Assembly (NCBI GenBank): GCA_012520315.1
Contig: JAAYOM010000018.1
Location: 3,530 to 67,529 of the forward strand
Reading direction: 5' to 3'
Source of the DNA: Bacillota bacterium
Lineage (GTDB): Bacteria > Bacillota > Limnochordia > Darwinibacteriales > Darwinibacteriaceae
DNA: 64,000 nucleotides
Part shown: positions 42,154-51,100 of the stretch, piece after piece
Layout of the letters: every line of letters starts with the position of its first letter
How positions within the stretch are numbered: the stretch's first letter is position 1
Notes under the pieces: model-generated
What the model was told of the DNA's origin: nothing
The model's input: the letters and a program-made list of their open reading frames with translations, nothing else
The model's database searches: none
Position numbers and translations under genes: made by a program

Positions 42154-42801
42154 TCATATTACCGCCAAAAGAACTCCATCTTCCAGCCGCACAGAAATAT
42201 CCTCTGCCTGGGCCACATTGCTGATACTCAACGTGCTCCCCTTTCTAAGAGTTGCACCCTCCAAAGGATACATAAGGCCGGTCGTTGAAACACCCTTGGC
42301 CTGTGGGGTGAGGGGAATCAACGAAACGCAGCTGCCCTTGGGCACCTGGGCCTGAAACTCGGTGCAAAATGCACTGAGACGGTGTTCCCGTGTTAAGAGC
42401 CAGTTCTCAATCCCCGCCTTGGCCAAGCGATAAAGGAGCTCCACATTGCCCAGGGCATGGTCGATCCGGCTGCCCCAGCCGCCAACTATAGTTAAACTGG
42501 CTGTCCCCATCTGCCGGGCATACTCCACCGCCAGGTCTAAATCGGTCTCATCCTTTCTGGCAGGCACACGCTGAAAAGGAATGCCCCTGGCCTGCCAATA
42601 CTCCTTGGTGACTTGGTCTATAGAATCCTGATCGCCGATGATAATCTCGGGGGTCAGCTCCCATGCCTTGGCCAAAGCGGCGCCCCCGTCGGCACATATC
42701 ACCAGGGCATCCCCGGCCAGATGGGGCGGAGCATGGGGAATATCTTCCCCTGAAGCTAAAATCAGGGCAGACTTACCTATAGTCTGGCACAAAGAGATCA
42801 C
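42154..42801 (-). CDS. thiN: Thiamine pyrophosphokinase
   Basis: TPK catalytic domain (LVICADGGA, IIGDQDSI) plus the C-terminal thiamine-binding domain. Confidence 0.85.
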   Translation of the reverse strand: MISLCQTIGKSALILASGEDIPHAPPHLAGDALVICADGGAALAKAWELTPEIIIGDQDSIDQVTKEYWQARGIPFQRVPARKDETDLDLAVEYARQMGTASLTIVGGWGSRIDHALGNVELLYRLAKAGIENWLLTREHRLSAFCTEFQAQVPKGSCVSLIPLTPQAKGVSTTGLMYPLEGATLRKGSTLSISNVAQAEDISVRLEDGVLLAVI

Positions 42802-43294
42802 TCCGTTTGCTAAGCAGCAGTATTATTACTCCTACTAGGACTGCCTCAGGAACAAGGTAGGACGCATTGTAACCCAACGAGTAAAGCAAAACCGGCGTCC
42901 CTTCAGGGGCATATTCAGCAAAGAAGACAACTCCTGCTGCGACATGAATTAGATAGCGCAAAAGCGAGCCGGCAGCGACACCTAACAGACGCTTCTGCCT
43001 CATTAGACCAAAGCCGGCAGCGCCAACCGCCATGTAGGGCACTGGGTAGTCCAGCAAAAGCTGAACGGGATGAATCACAAAGGGCGAAATCAAAAGCTTA
43101 GCAAAGCCAAGGAGGGCGCCCCCTAACATACCCATTTTGCCCCCGTGGCGAAAAGCCAAGATAAAAATGGGGACCATCTCCAAAGACACGCTTCCTCCCT
43201 GGGGCATCCTAAACAATTTCAGGAGAGAAAGCAGTACGGCAGCTGCAACTAAAAGGGATACCTCCACCATAATCCGCAAATTCTTGTCACGCAT
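42773..43294 (-). CDS. thiT: Putative thiamine transporter, ECF-type substrate-binding (S) component ThiT-like
   Basis: About 174-aa six-TM membrane protein directly downstream of a TPP riboswitch and overlapping thiN. Start set at the Met preceded by AAGGAGG. Confidence 0.5.
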   Translation of the reverse strand: MRDKNLRIMVEVSLLVAAAVLLSLLKLFRMPQGGSVSLEMVPIFILAFRHGGKMGMLGGALLGFAKLLISPFVIHPVQLLLDYPVPYMAVGAAGFGLMRQKRLLGVAAGSLLRYLIHVAAGVVFFAEYAPEGTPVLLYSLGYNASYLVPEAVLVGVIILLLSKRSDLFVPDYR

Positions 43295-43377
43295 TGCAAA
43301 TACCTCCTTAGAACTGCGACACTGTTCCACAGGACGGCGCTAAATAGAAAAGACACGGCAGCAGCGGTCCATGTCTT

Positions 43378-43475
43378 GGTCTACCGCTTCCCTACGCTGG
43401 AATTATCCAACAGGTTCTAAGGGTTAGGGTCAAAAACCCACTCTCAGCCATAAAGCACCCCTAGCGGAACTATAT
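43378..43475 (-). promoter_or_regulatory. TPP (THI-box) riboswitch controlling thiT-thiN
   Basis: The minus strand reads ...GGGGTGC...GGCTGAGAGTGGG...ACCCTTAGAACCTGTTGGATAATTCCAGCGTAGGGAAGCGG, matching the conserved THI element. Confidence 0.85.
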
Positions 43476-43522
43476 CGTTTGCCCTATTACTTCTATCTCC
43501 GATGTGAAAATCCTTCTCATAA

Positions 43523-43562
43523 GAAAAAAGATCAAGAGCATCCTTGTCGTCCAGGATGCTCT
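43523..43562 (-). terminator. Intrinsic terminator ending the small orphan transcription unit
   Basis: 10-bp perfect stem (AGAGCATCCT/AGGATGCTCT) with an 8-nt loop, followed on the minus strand by TGATCTTTTTTC. Confidence 0.5.
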
Positions 43563-43579
43563 ATTGCCCTACCGGGTGG

Positions 43580-43660
43580 TTAGGTATACTTTCTTGGTGG
43601 TTTCGCGGGCTTGCGAAATCTCCATGCCCAGGGATACGGTATTTTTTTGTAGGTGATCAT
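43580..43660 (-). CDS. Candidate 26-aa basic Pro/Trp-rich micro-ORF (MITYKKIPYPWAWRFRKPAKPPRKYT), speculative
   Basis: ATG downstream of AAAGGAGGG (spacing about 14 nt) inside the promoter-terminator bounded unit. No homology is recognisable; it may equally be a non-coding sRNA. Confidence 0.2.
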   Translation of the reverse strand: MITYKKIPYPWAWRFRKPAKPPRKYT

Positions 43661-43717
43661 ATTAAGGTGTCTGCCCTCCTTTCATTATGTATTAACCCCG
43701 CCACCCAGCCTAATTAG

Positions 43718-43746
43718 ATAATACACTGAATTGTCAGACTTGTCAA
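43718..43746 (-). promoter_or_regulatory. Near-consensus sigmaA promoter (TTGACA-17 nt-TATTAT) with no annotated gene downstream
   Basis: The minus strand reads atgcTTGACAagtctgacaattcagtgTATTATctaatt, located 35 nt downstream of the rpe terminator. Confidence 0.55.
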
Positions 43747-43779
43747 GCATGGCATTGCATTTTTTTGAACAATTACACC

Positions 43780-43808
43780 AAAAAAAGAGACAAGGTTATC
43801 CTTGTCTC
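43780..43808 (-). terminator. Rho-independent terminator of rpe
   Basis: GAGACAAGG-ATAA-CCTTGTCTC followed by TTTTTTT on the minus strand; overlaps the rpe stop codon. Confidence 0.6.
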
Positions 43809-44446
43809 GCCGCAGCGCGCATTTTTTCAATATAGAAGGCTGGATCCTCCGCCCCGAAGATTGCCGAACCAGCCACAAAATTGTTAGCTCCGGCCATCAA
43901 CAGATCTGCCAGATTGTCGAGGCCAATGCCCCCGTCAACCTGCAGTTCGATCGGCCGCACTCCGATTAGTTCACGGCAGTCCCGGACCTTCTGCACCATG
44001 GCCGGTATAAATTTTTGTCCGCCAAAGCCAGGATTCACCGTCATTAACAAAATCAGGTCCAGATCGTCAAGTATATACTTCAGACCGTTCAGCGGCGTAT
44101 GGGGATTGAGTGAGACGCCTGCCTTCACCCCTAAATCCCTTATTTTCTGCAGTGTTCTCTGCAAGTGCGTTACCGCTTCATAATGAACTGTAATAAACTC
44201 AGGCTGCACTGAGGCAAATTCCTCGAGAAACTGATCAGCATCGGCAATCATCAGATGAATATCGAGGGGAACAGCGGAACTGCGCTTAGCCGCCTTAATT
44301 ATCGGCATGCCAAAGCTGATATTTGGTACATAGTGGCCGTCCATTACATCTATGTGCAGCAAGTCAGCATTTTCGACCTTTTCCAGTTCGCTCCGTAAGT
44401 TGCTCAAGTCAGCTGCTAAGATCGAAGGGCTGATTCTAATTTCCAT
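43796..44446 (-). CDS. rpe: Ribulose-phosphate 3-epimerase
   Basis: TIM barrel with PSILAADL and DVMDGHYVPN motifs. Confidence 0.95.
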   Translation of the reverse strand: MEIRISPSILAADLSNLRSELEKVENADLLHIDVMDGHYVPNISFGMPIIKAAKRSSAVPLDIHLMIADADQFLEEFASVQPEFITVHYEAVTHLQRTLQKIRDLGVKAGVSLNPHTPLNGLKYILDDLDLILLMTVNPGFGGQKFIPAMVQKVRDCRELIGVRPIELQVDGGIGLDNLADLLMAGANNFVAGSAIFGAEDPAFYIEKMRAAARQG

Positions 44447-44461
44447 TTATGCGTCCCCTTT

Positions 44462-45322
44462 CTAGTAACTAGGTGCTGCTTCAGCGAGCAGGATCAGATA
44501 GTGTTCATAGCGTTTTTCTAGAATCTCTCCCCTGCACACAGCTTCTTTCACCTGGCAGCCGGGCTCCTGCCGATGCAGGCACCCGCGAAACTGGCAGCCG
44601 TCGATATACTTGCGAAATTCAGGAAAGGCAAACTGAAGATCCCGTTCCTGTCTTGGCTCAATCTGCAGTCTGGAAAAACCGGGGGTGTCTGCCACATACC
44701 CGCCCCCAATTGGCAGAAGCTCTACACTGCGGGTAGTATGCTTCCCCCTCTGGGTTTTAACGCTCACTTTGCCTGTCTCCAGATTCAAGCTGGAATCAAG
44801 CGCGTTTAGCAAAGTCGACTTTCCCACCCCTGAAGGGCCGGCCAAGGTCGTAACCCTACCCTGCAGGCAGGCTTTCAACTGCTCCAGCCCCTGTTTTTCA
44901 ACACCGCTTGTTACCAAGGTTGGATAGGAAATGCCGCTGTACATCGCCTGAAGCTCTGCAGCTCTCGCCGGATCAAGATCCCCTTTGTTAATTACCACGA
45001 TGCAGTCGATTCCCAAAAGCTCGGCCTGGACCAGAATACGATCTAGCAGCAAGTAATTAGGCGCAGGATTCTGCACAGATGAGACCACTATCACCTGGTC
45101 CACATTGGCAATGGCCGGACGGGTCAACTCGTTTCTGCGAGGCAGGATCTTCTCCACAGCACCTCGCCCTTGTGCTTCCCGTGAGATCTCGACCCTGTCA
45201 CCTACCAGGATCCTGTCATCCCGCAGACGCAGCCTGCCCCGGAGTGAACACAGCACAAGGCCTCCCTCTGTCTGCACCTCATATGTTCCGCCTATACCTT
45301 TGACAATAATTCCCTGTTCCAT
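44462..45322 (-). CDS. rsgA: Ribosome small subunit-dependent GTPase A (RsgA/YloQ/CpgA)
   Basis: OB fold plus a circularly permuted GTPase (GPSGVGKSTLLN) and a C-terminal Cys/His Zn motif. Confidence 0.9.
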   Translation of the reverse strand: MEQGIIVKGIGGTYEVQTEGGLVLCSLRGRLRLRDDRILVGDRVEISREAQGRGAVEKILPRRNELTRPAIANVDQVIVVSSVQNPAPNYLLLDRILVQAELLGIDCIVVINKGDLDPARAAELQAMYSGISYPTLVTSGVEKQGLEQLKACLQGRVTTLAGPSGVGKSTLLNALDSSLNLETGKVSVKTQRGKHTTRSVELLPIGGGYVADTPGFSRLQIEPRQERDLQFAFPEFRKYIDGCQFRGCLHRQEPGCQVKEAVCRGEILEKRYEHYLILLAEAAPSY

Positions 45323-45325
45323 AAA

Positions 45326-47299
45326 TCACTCCTGGAATAGCGCATCATAAAACTGACGACCGCCAATGTATACCTGCAACCTTGCGTTTTGTCCTCTACC
45401 CTGCACACTCTGCTCCACTGAACTGCCGCCCTTGTGAACCTGGCGATAAACTTCCCGGGCACCGAAGTCGTCGATGACCAAAATTACAACCTCCTGCTCA
45501 GGCCCTGGCGGTACGTTGATCGTAACGTTTTCAGTCTTCCACAAATTCTCATGAATCCATTGCGGCTCTTCCCGAGTATCCTCTGGTTCCTCCGCTACGT
45601 GAGGCGCAGGCGTCATCCCCTGTGAATAAACGAAGTCGATGGTCCAGCCGGGCTGAACCTGGGTGCCGGGGGCAGGATTCTGCTCGATAACCTGGCCTTG
45701 GGGGAAAATAGTGCTGTACTCACGCCAGGAGTTGCCCAGCGGCAGGCCCAACTCTCTAATGCGGGCCTTTACCAGCTCGAAGTCTTGGCCCCGGAAATCC
45801 GGCAACGCAAAGGTTAAGGGAGCTTCCTGTCCCTTGCTGACCACAAGGTTCACCACAGTTCCCTTCATAACCATCCCGCCTGCTTCAGGCCACTGCTCAA
45901 TAACGATGCCGGGACTGACCTCAGGATCGTACGCTTCCTCCTCATCCCCAAGCACAAAGCCTGCCTGGGTTAGGGACAGTTTTCCCTCCCGGGCAGTGAG
46001 GCCCACTACCGACGGCATAACGACTTCCTCGGGGCCTTTGCTCACCCTCACCAGGATTTCCCGTTTTTGCTTGACCATGCGGCCGGCCAGTGGATCTTGA
46101 CTAATAATGTAACCTGCCGGAACTTCGTTATCAAATATTGCCTGCTCGACCTTGAGGACTAGATCTGCATCCCGCAGCACGCTAGCTGCCTCAAGCTCAA
46201 AAAGGCCAACCACATCCGGCACCCTCACATCTTCTAAGAACAAAATTTTAGGAATTAAGCGCACAATGCCAAATCCCGCTCCCACCACAAGGAGCAAAAT
46301 CACCAGAATAACAAGTACCTTAGATCTGCGGCCCGTGCCTGCGGCCTTCTTTTCCTTCTTTTTACTGCGTTTCTTTCGACTGGCCAAACCAAGACCTCCT
46401 TCCTTTGACTGTCCTGCAACGGGCAGAGGCATAGTTTGATCGCCTGGTTCATGCCCATCGCCATGCTGCTCCAGTTCCAGACGGCGTTCAATTCTCTGAA
46501 AGTCCCTGACCACCTCTTCTGCACTGCCTGCTCGTTTCTTGGGATCCTTATTGAGCAGTTTCAAAACCAGATCCTCTAACTCACGATCTAAATCAGGACG
46601 GGCATCTCGCAGCGGCAGTGGATTTTCCTGGATATGCTTCAGGGCAATGCTAATGGGCGAATCACCCTTGAAGGGAGTCTGCCCAGCGATCATTTCGTAG
46701 AGAACTATGCCTAAAGAATAGAGGTCGCTAGCGGCCTGAACATTGACCCCCCGAGCCTGTTCGGGCGAAAAGTAGTGGACGGAACCTAAGACCATGCCTG
46801 TCTGGGTCAAATTCGTGCTGCTCATAGCCTGGGCGATACCGAAGTCTGTCACTTTAACCCGACCCTCATCGGTCACAAGTATATTGTGCGGCTTAATATC
46901 GCGGTGAATAATCCCATGGTAATGGGCGTGGGCCAAGCCCATGGCAATTTGCTTTCCCACACGGACAATCACATCCTGGGAGAAATGTTGCCTATGGTCG
47001 CGAATAAGATCATGCAGATTATTGCCTTGTACAAACTCCATCACAATATAATGAATGTTGTCGATCTCACCGACATCGTAAATATTGACGATATTGGGAT
47101 GGGATAAACTCGCAGCCGATCTTGCTTCTCGGCGGAAACGCTCGACAAACTCATCATCATCGGCAAACTGGGAACGCAGGATTTTAACTGCAACAGTTCT
47201 GCTCAGCAAATGATCCTTGGCACTGTAAACCAAGGCCATGCCTCCGTCGCCGACCTTTTCTAGAATCTCATAACGATTGGCCAACATTTCTCCAATCAT
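45326..47299 (-). CDS. prkC: Ser/Thr protein kinase PrkC with PASTA repeats
   Basis: Hanks kinase domain (HRDIKPHNIL, DFGIA), a TM helix, then three PASTA-like extracellular repeats. Confidence 0.9.
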   Translation of the reverse strand: MIGEMLANRYEILEKVGDGGMALVYSAKDHLLSRTVAVKILRSQFADDDEFVERFRREARSAASLSHPNIVNIYDVGEIDNIHYIVMEFVQGNNLHDLIRDHRQHFSQDVIVRVGKQIAMGLAHAHYHGIIHRDIKPHNILVTDEGRVKVTDFGIAQAMSSTNLTQTGMVLGSVHYFSPEQARGVNVQAASDLYSLGIVLYEMIAGQTPFKGDSPISIALKHIQENPLPLRDARPDLDRELEDLVLKLLNKDPKKRAGSAEEVVRDFQRIERRLELEQHGDGHEPGDQTMPLPVAGQSKEGGLGLASRKKRSKKKEKKAAGTGRRSKVLVILVILLLVVGAGFGIVRLIPKILFLEDVRVPDVVGLFELEAASVLRDADLVLKVEQAIFDNEVPAGYIISQDPLAGRMVKQKREILVRVSKGPEEVVMPSVVGLTAREGKLSLTQAGFVLGDEEEAYDPEVSPGIVIEQWPEAGGMVMKGTVVNLVVSKGQEAPLTFALPDFRGQDFELVKARIRELGLPLGNSWREYSTIFPQGQVIEQNPAPGTQVQPGWTIDFVYSQGMTPAPHVAEEPEDTREEPQWIHENLWKTENVTINVPPGPEQEVVILVIDDFGAREVYRQVHKGGSSVEQSVQGRGQNARLQVYIGGRQFYDALFQE

Positions 47300-47317
47300 A
47301 TTCTCACCCTTTGAACC

Positions 47318-48625
47318 TTACTCGTTGACTGCAAGAGCGGCTTCCAGCAGCCTTACACCAATTGGCACCGCAACCTGGCTCCCGGATCCTCCGTGTTCGA
47401 CTAAGACAGCAACTGCAGCTTGCGGTCTCTCAGCCGGAGCAAATCCGATAAACCAGGCATGGTCACTCCCCTGCCCCATCTGGGCCGTACCCGTCTTTCC
47501 GCCGTAGTCGAAGGCCGTATCTAAACTGGTTTGTGCGGTACCTTCTGCGGCAGCCAATTCCATCGCCCCAAGCAAAGCGGCAGCTGCCTCCTCAGGCATC
47601 ACTTCTCTGATTGGCTGAGGCCGCGTAATTTGCCGCATTTTAAGTCCTCCCCGCACTTCCTGCACCACATAGGGGCGCATCATTATTCCTCTGTTAGCAA
47701 TGGCAGATGCGACTGCAGCCATTTGCAGCGGTGTAACCAAAAGCTCCCCCTGCCCGATGCCAAGCTGAGCAAAGTCATAATCAGAACTGACCCGGCCGGG
47801 CACATGTCCGCCTAGATTAGGCAGATCAAACTGTATTTCGGCACCTAAGCCAAATTCCCGCAACACAGTCAACAGGCCGTCTCCCAGTTCCATTGCCAAC
47901 TGGGCAAAAACAACGTTGGATGAGAGGGCCAGGGCCTGATCGGCAGTAATCTTGCCGTAGGCCTTGCCGCCGAAGTTTTGGATAGTGCGGTTTCTTATTG
48001 CCAAAGAACCCCCATCATCCCAGACTTGACTGCCGACTGTATGTTCCTGGCTAAGGGCGGCTCCATAGACAATGGGCTTTACTGTTGAACCAGGGGGATA
48101 AAGGCCATGGGTTGCCCTGTTTAGAAAAGGACTTCGTTGATCAGCCAAATAATCTGACCAGTTGGCATCTAACTCATTACCGTCGACCCAGGGCGCCGAG
48201 GCCAGAGCCAGCACTTCGCCGGTTGCAGGCTTCATGACCACAACTGCACCTTCGCGCCCTTTGAGCGCTTCCTCCGCACTTTGCTGAACTGCAAGATCCA
48301 GAGTTGTAATCAGGCTCCGTCCCCGGCTTAAGTCCTCGTGGAAAATGCGTTCCAGTCCTGTCATGCCGTAGCGCTGGTGAAAATAGCCCACCACATGACT
48401 AAGGGATGCTGTACTGTAAGTGCGGGCAAAGATTTCTCCATCCGGGGCTGACTCCGCCAGGGCAAGTCCGTTGCGATCATAAACCGCACCCCGTCTCTCC
48501 TTAAACATCTGATAATAACGGGGATTGGCAGGATGGTCTTGAATCGGAGCGCAGAGCTGCCAGTAAAATGAACCGGCGAACAAAAGCCCATACATGAGGA
48601 CAATTGCCAAGAAGGATTTGCGCAC
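47318..48625 (-). CDS. Class B penicillin-binding protein (transpeptidase, PbpA/SpoVD-like)
   Basis: N-terminal TM anchor and a transpeptidase domain with the KTG motif (GGKTGTAQ). Confidence 0.85.
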   Translation of the reverse strand: MRKSFLAIVLMYGLLFAGSFYWQLCAPIQDHPANPRYYQMFKERRGAVYDRNGLALAESAPDGEIFARTYSTASLSHVVGYFHQRYGMTGLERIFHEDLSRGRSLITTLDLAVQQSAEEALKGREGAVVVMKPATGEVLALASAPWVDGNELDANWSDYLADQRSPFLNRATHGLYPPGSTVKPIVYGAALSQEHTVGSQVWDDGGSLAIRNRTIQNFGGKAYGKITADQALALSSNVVFAQLAMELGDGLLTVLREFGLGAEIQFDLPNLGGHVPGRVSSDYDFAQLGIGQGELLVTPLQMAAVASAIANRGIMMRPYVVQEVRGGLKMRQITRPQPIREVMPEEAAAALLGAMELAAAEGTAQTSLDTAFDYGGKTGTAQMGQGSDHAWFIGFAPAERPQAAVAVLVEHGGSGSQVAVPIGVRLLEAALAVNE

Positions 48626-49794
48626 TAATCTCCACCCCCCTTTCCTCCCAGGCCGGCCACTATGCCAACCATGCCGAGCTGAGCTGCTAAAGAGGTAGAA
48701 CCGAAACTGACAAAGGGCAGAGTCATGCCGCTAAAGGGCACTATACGCAAAATACCTCCCACCACCAAGAAGACTTGCAGATGCAGTAAAAGGGTCAAGC
48801 CTAGACCAATCAATTGCCGGCGCGGCTCTGTCATCACATGCACCAGGCGCAGAGACCAAAACGCTAAGCCTAAGTATACCATAAGCAAGGCAAAGGTGCC
48901 TAGAAACCCAAACTCTTCCCCAATTACCGCAAACAGGTAGTCAGTATGTACATTAGGAATAACCTGCACATAGCCTGCACCAAGGCCCCGTCCCGCCAGC
49001 CCTCCGCTGCGCAGGGCAAAGAGGCCTTGCAGCACCTGATAGCCGATGCTGTCTAAGTACTCCCAGGGCTGAGTCCAGGCCACAACCCTGTTTTGAAAAT
49101 GGGGGAACCACTGGCAGGCAAGGACAAAGCCAAGGACAGATACTGCCAGATATCCGCAAAGCTTAAGCCAGCTGAACTGCCAGTGCAGGGAAAGCCAGCA
49201 GAAGACGAAAAAGACCAGAAGTGCCGGACCGAGGTCCCGCTGCCAGGCTAAAATCAGAAGAAAACTGCCAAGGACGGCGAAAAGCTCCCGTTTGGAACGG
49301 CCTTCTGTGAAATAATGGGCCAAGTAGAACACCAGGAAGATCCGGGCAGCCTCGACCGGTTGAAAACGCAAGCCAAAAAGGGAAATCCACGCCCTGGCCC
49401 CGCCTGCGCTTTGACCAAACAATGCGGTTGCGGCCAAAAGTCCAATGGCCAGGCCAGCCCAGACAAGCGGATGCCCAAAGCTCTTGCTGCCCGTCCATAA
49501 GCCAAGTAGATAGGCCAGACCTGCAATTAGTATTCCCCAGGTGTGAGAGGAGGCCCAGGCGGGACTGAGGCGGGTCAAAAAGATCCAGCCAGTCATAGCC
49601 AAGACAGCCATAAAGGGCATTGCCCCAGCATCATAGCCTAAGCCTCTGGTAAGAAAAAACAAAACCATGACCAGAACCCAAAGTACTAAAGGCTGCCACC
49701 ACCAAATCTGCCCCTGCAGCCAAAACAGCCACCCGATCAGGCAGAGGAGCCAGCCGGTAAACTCAAACCAAGTACGATAGGGGATTCTGATCAC
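48625..49794 (-). CDS. FtsW/RodA/SpoVE family peptidoglycan glycosyltransferase
   Basis: 389-aa polytopic SEDS-family membrane protein. Confidence 0.85.
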   Translation of the reverse strand: MIRIPYRTWFEFTGWLLCLIGWLFWLQGQIWWWQPLVLWVLVMVLFFLTRGLGYDAGAMPFMAVLAMTGWIFLTRLSPAWASSHTWGILIAGLAYLLGLWTGSKSFGHPLVWAGLAIGLLAATALFGQSAGGARAWISLFGLRFQPVEAARIFLVFYLAHYFTEGRSKRELFAVLGSFLLILAWQRDLGPALLVFFVFCWLSLHWQFSWLKLCGYLAVSVLGFVLACQWFPHFQNRVVAWTQPWEYLDSIGYQVLQGLFALRSGGLAGRGLGAGYVQVIPNVHTDYLFAVIGEEFGFLGTFALLMVYLGLAFWSLRLVHVMTEPRRQLIGLGLTLLLHLQVFLVVGGILRIVPFSGMTLPFVSFGSTSLAAQLGMVGIVAGLGGKGGGD

Positions 49795-49808
49795 GGGAGT
49801 CCCTCCTC

Positions 49809-50519
49809 CTAGATCCTGGCCACAATCACCGTGATATTGTCAACCCCGCCGGATTGGTTGGCCAAATCAACCAAATCCTGAGCCAAATTGGAGGAATAAA
49901 AATCTTGCCTTAAGGTTTCTTCAATTAAGGAATCGTCTACGAGATCTGTCAGACCATCTGTACAGAGCATGAGCAGGGCACCAGGTGCAAGAGTCCTGGT
50001 AACCAGTTCCACTTCTATCTCGGCCGCTCCCAAAACCTGGGTAAGGATGTGTTTTTTCGGATGCGTGCGGGCTTCTTCAGCAGTAATTGTCTCCGAGCGA
50101 AGCAATTCGGCAACTACCGAATGATCACTGGTTATCTGCTCCAAACTTCCGCGGGAGAAGACATAGCAGCGGCTGTCACCAACATGGCCTACAGTGAGAA
50201 CCACATTCCCTGTTTCGTCAGGTTCTGAGAGGGCGGCGAGTGTAATAGTGCTGCCCATGCCATGGTACGCCTCGTTATTCTTGCCCTCTGCGAGAATTCT
50301 CTCCTGGGCCTGATGGACAGCTGACAGCACTTCCCCCTTTGGGTCTTTGCCAGTAAAGGGAAAGGACTTGATAACTTCCGTTGCCAAGCTGGAAGCTACC
50401 TCCCCCGCTACATGCCCCCCCATACCGTCGCAGACCACAAGAATCCGGGAAGACACCCAGAGGGAATCTTCGTTGTTCTCGCGCACCAACCCTGTATCAG
50501 TTGCGGTTCTAATCTCCAC
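49809..50519 (-). CDS. prpC: PP2C-family Ser/Thr phosphatase (PrpC/Stp)
   Basis: PP2C motifs (VCDGMGGHVAGEVAS, DGLTD). Confidence 0.9.
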   Translation of the reverse strand: MEIRTATDTGLVRENNEDSLWVSSRILVVCDGMGGHVAGEVASSLATEVIKSFPFTGKDPKGEVLSAVHQAQERILAEGKNNEAYHGMGSTITLAALSEPDETGNVVLTVGHVGDSRCYVFSRGSLEQITSDHSVVAELLRSETITAEEARTHPKKHILTQVLGAAEIEVELVTRTLAPGALLMLCTDGLTDLVDDSLIEETLRQDFYSSNLAQDLVDLANQSGGVDNITVIVARI

Positions 50520-50632
50520 GGCCTAACACCCCTACCTTAGCTCTTCGAGCATTGACTTAACAAACTGCAGCACAATTCTCACTAGCCAAACCATCAGAAT
50601 CGCCCGTCCTATCCAGTGGATAAGGGCCATGC

Positions 50633-51100
50633 CTATCTCTCCTCATAGAGTAATACGGTATGCCCAACTTGGATCTTGTCGCCGTTTTTTAAAACAGCGC
50701 TTGAGATCGGCTCTCCATTAAGAAACGTGCCGTTCTTGCTCGAATTGTCTTTCAGTAACCACTCTTCGCCGACTCGGCTGAAACTGGCATGAACCCGGCT
50801 GCAGCCAGGATCACTCAGCCTAAGATGACAGCTCACTCCCCTGCCCACCAAAAATCCAGGCTGGAGCATTATTGCTTCCGAGTTCCAAATCAGGCAGCCC
50901 TGTTTGCCCTCGTCCGCTTTCTGCTCCTTCGCGACCTGATAACGCTTGGTAGGCGCAAATTCCTCTTCCTTGCCCTGTTTATCTTCGTCCTTCTTTGGTT
51001 GTTTCCCTCTTAGTCCTCCGATTAATGTCTTGAGCTTAGTTTTGAAACTTTCTTTCAAATCCTTCACTCCTGTAGCTGGGTTTGCCGCAGCTGGCCACAC
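50633..51100 (-). CDS. FHA domain-containing protein
   Basis: C-terminal FHA fold (GRGVSCHLRLSDPGCSRVHASF...NGTFLNGEPI) preceded by a Lys/Glu-rich low-complexity N-terminus. Confidence 0.8.
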   Translation of the reverse strand: MWPAAANPATGVKDLKESFKTKLKTLIGGLRGKQPKKDEDKQGKEEEFAPTKRYQVAKEQKADEGKQGCLIWNSEAIMLQPGFLVGRGVSCHLRLSDPGCSRVHASFSRVGEEWLLKDNSSKNGTFLNGEPISSAVLKNGDKIQVGHTVLLYEER

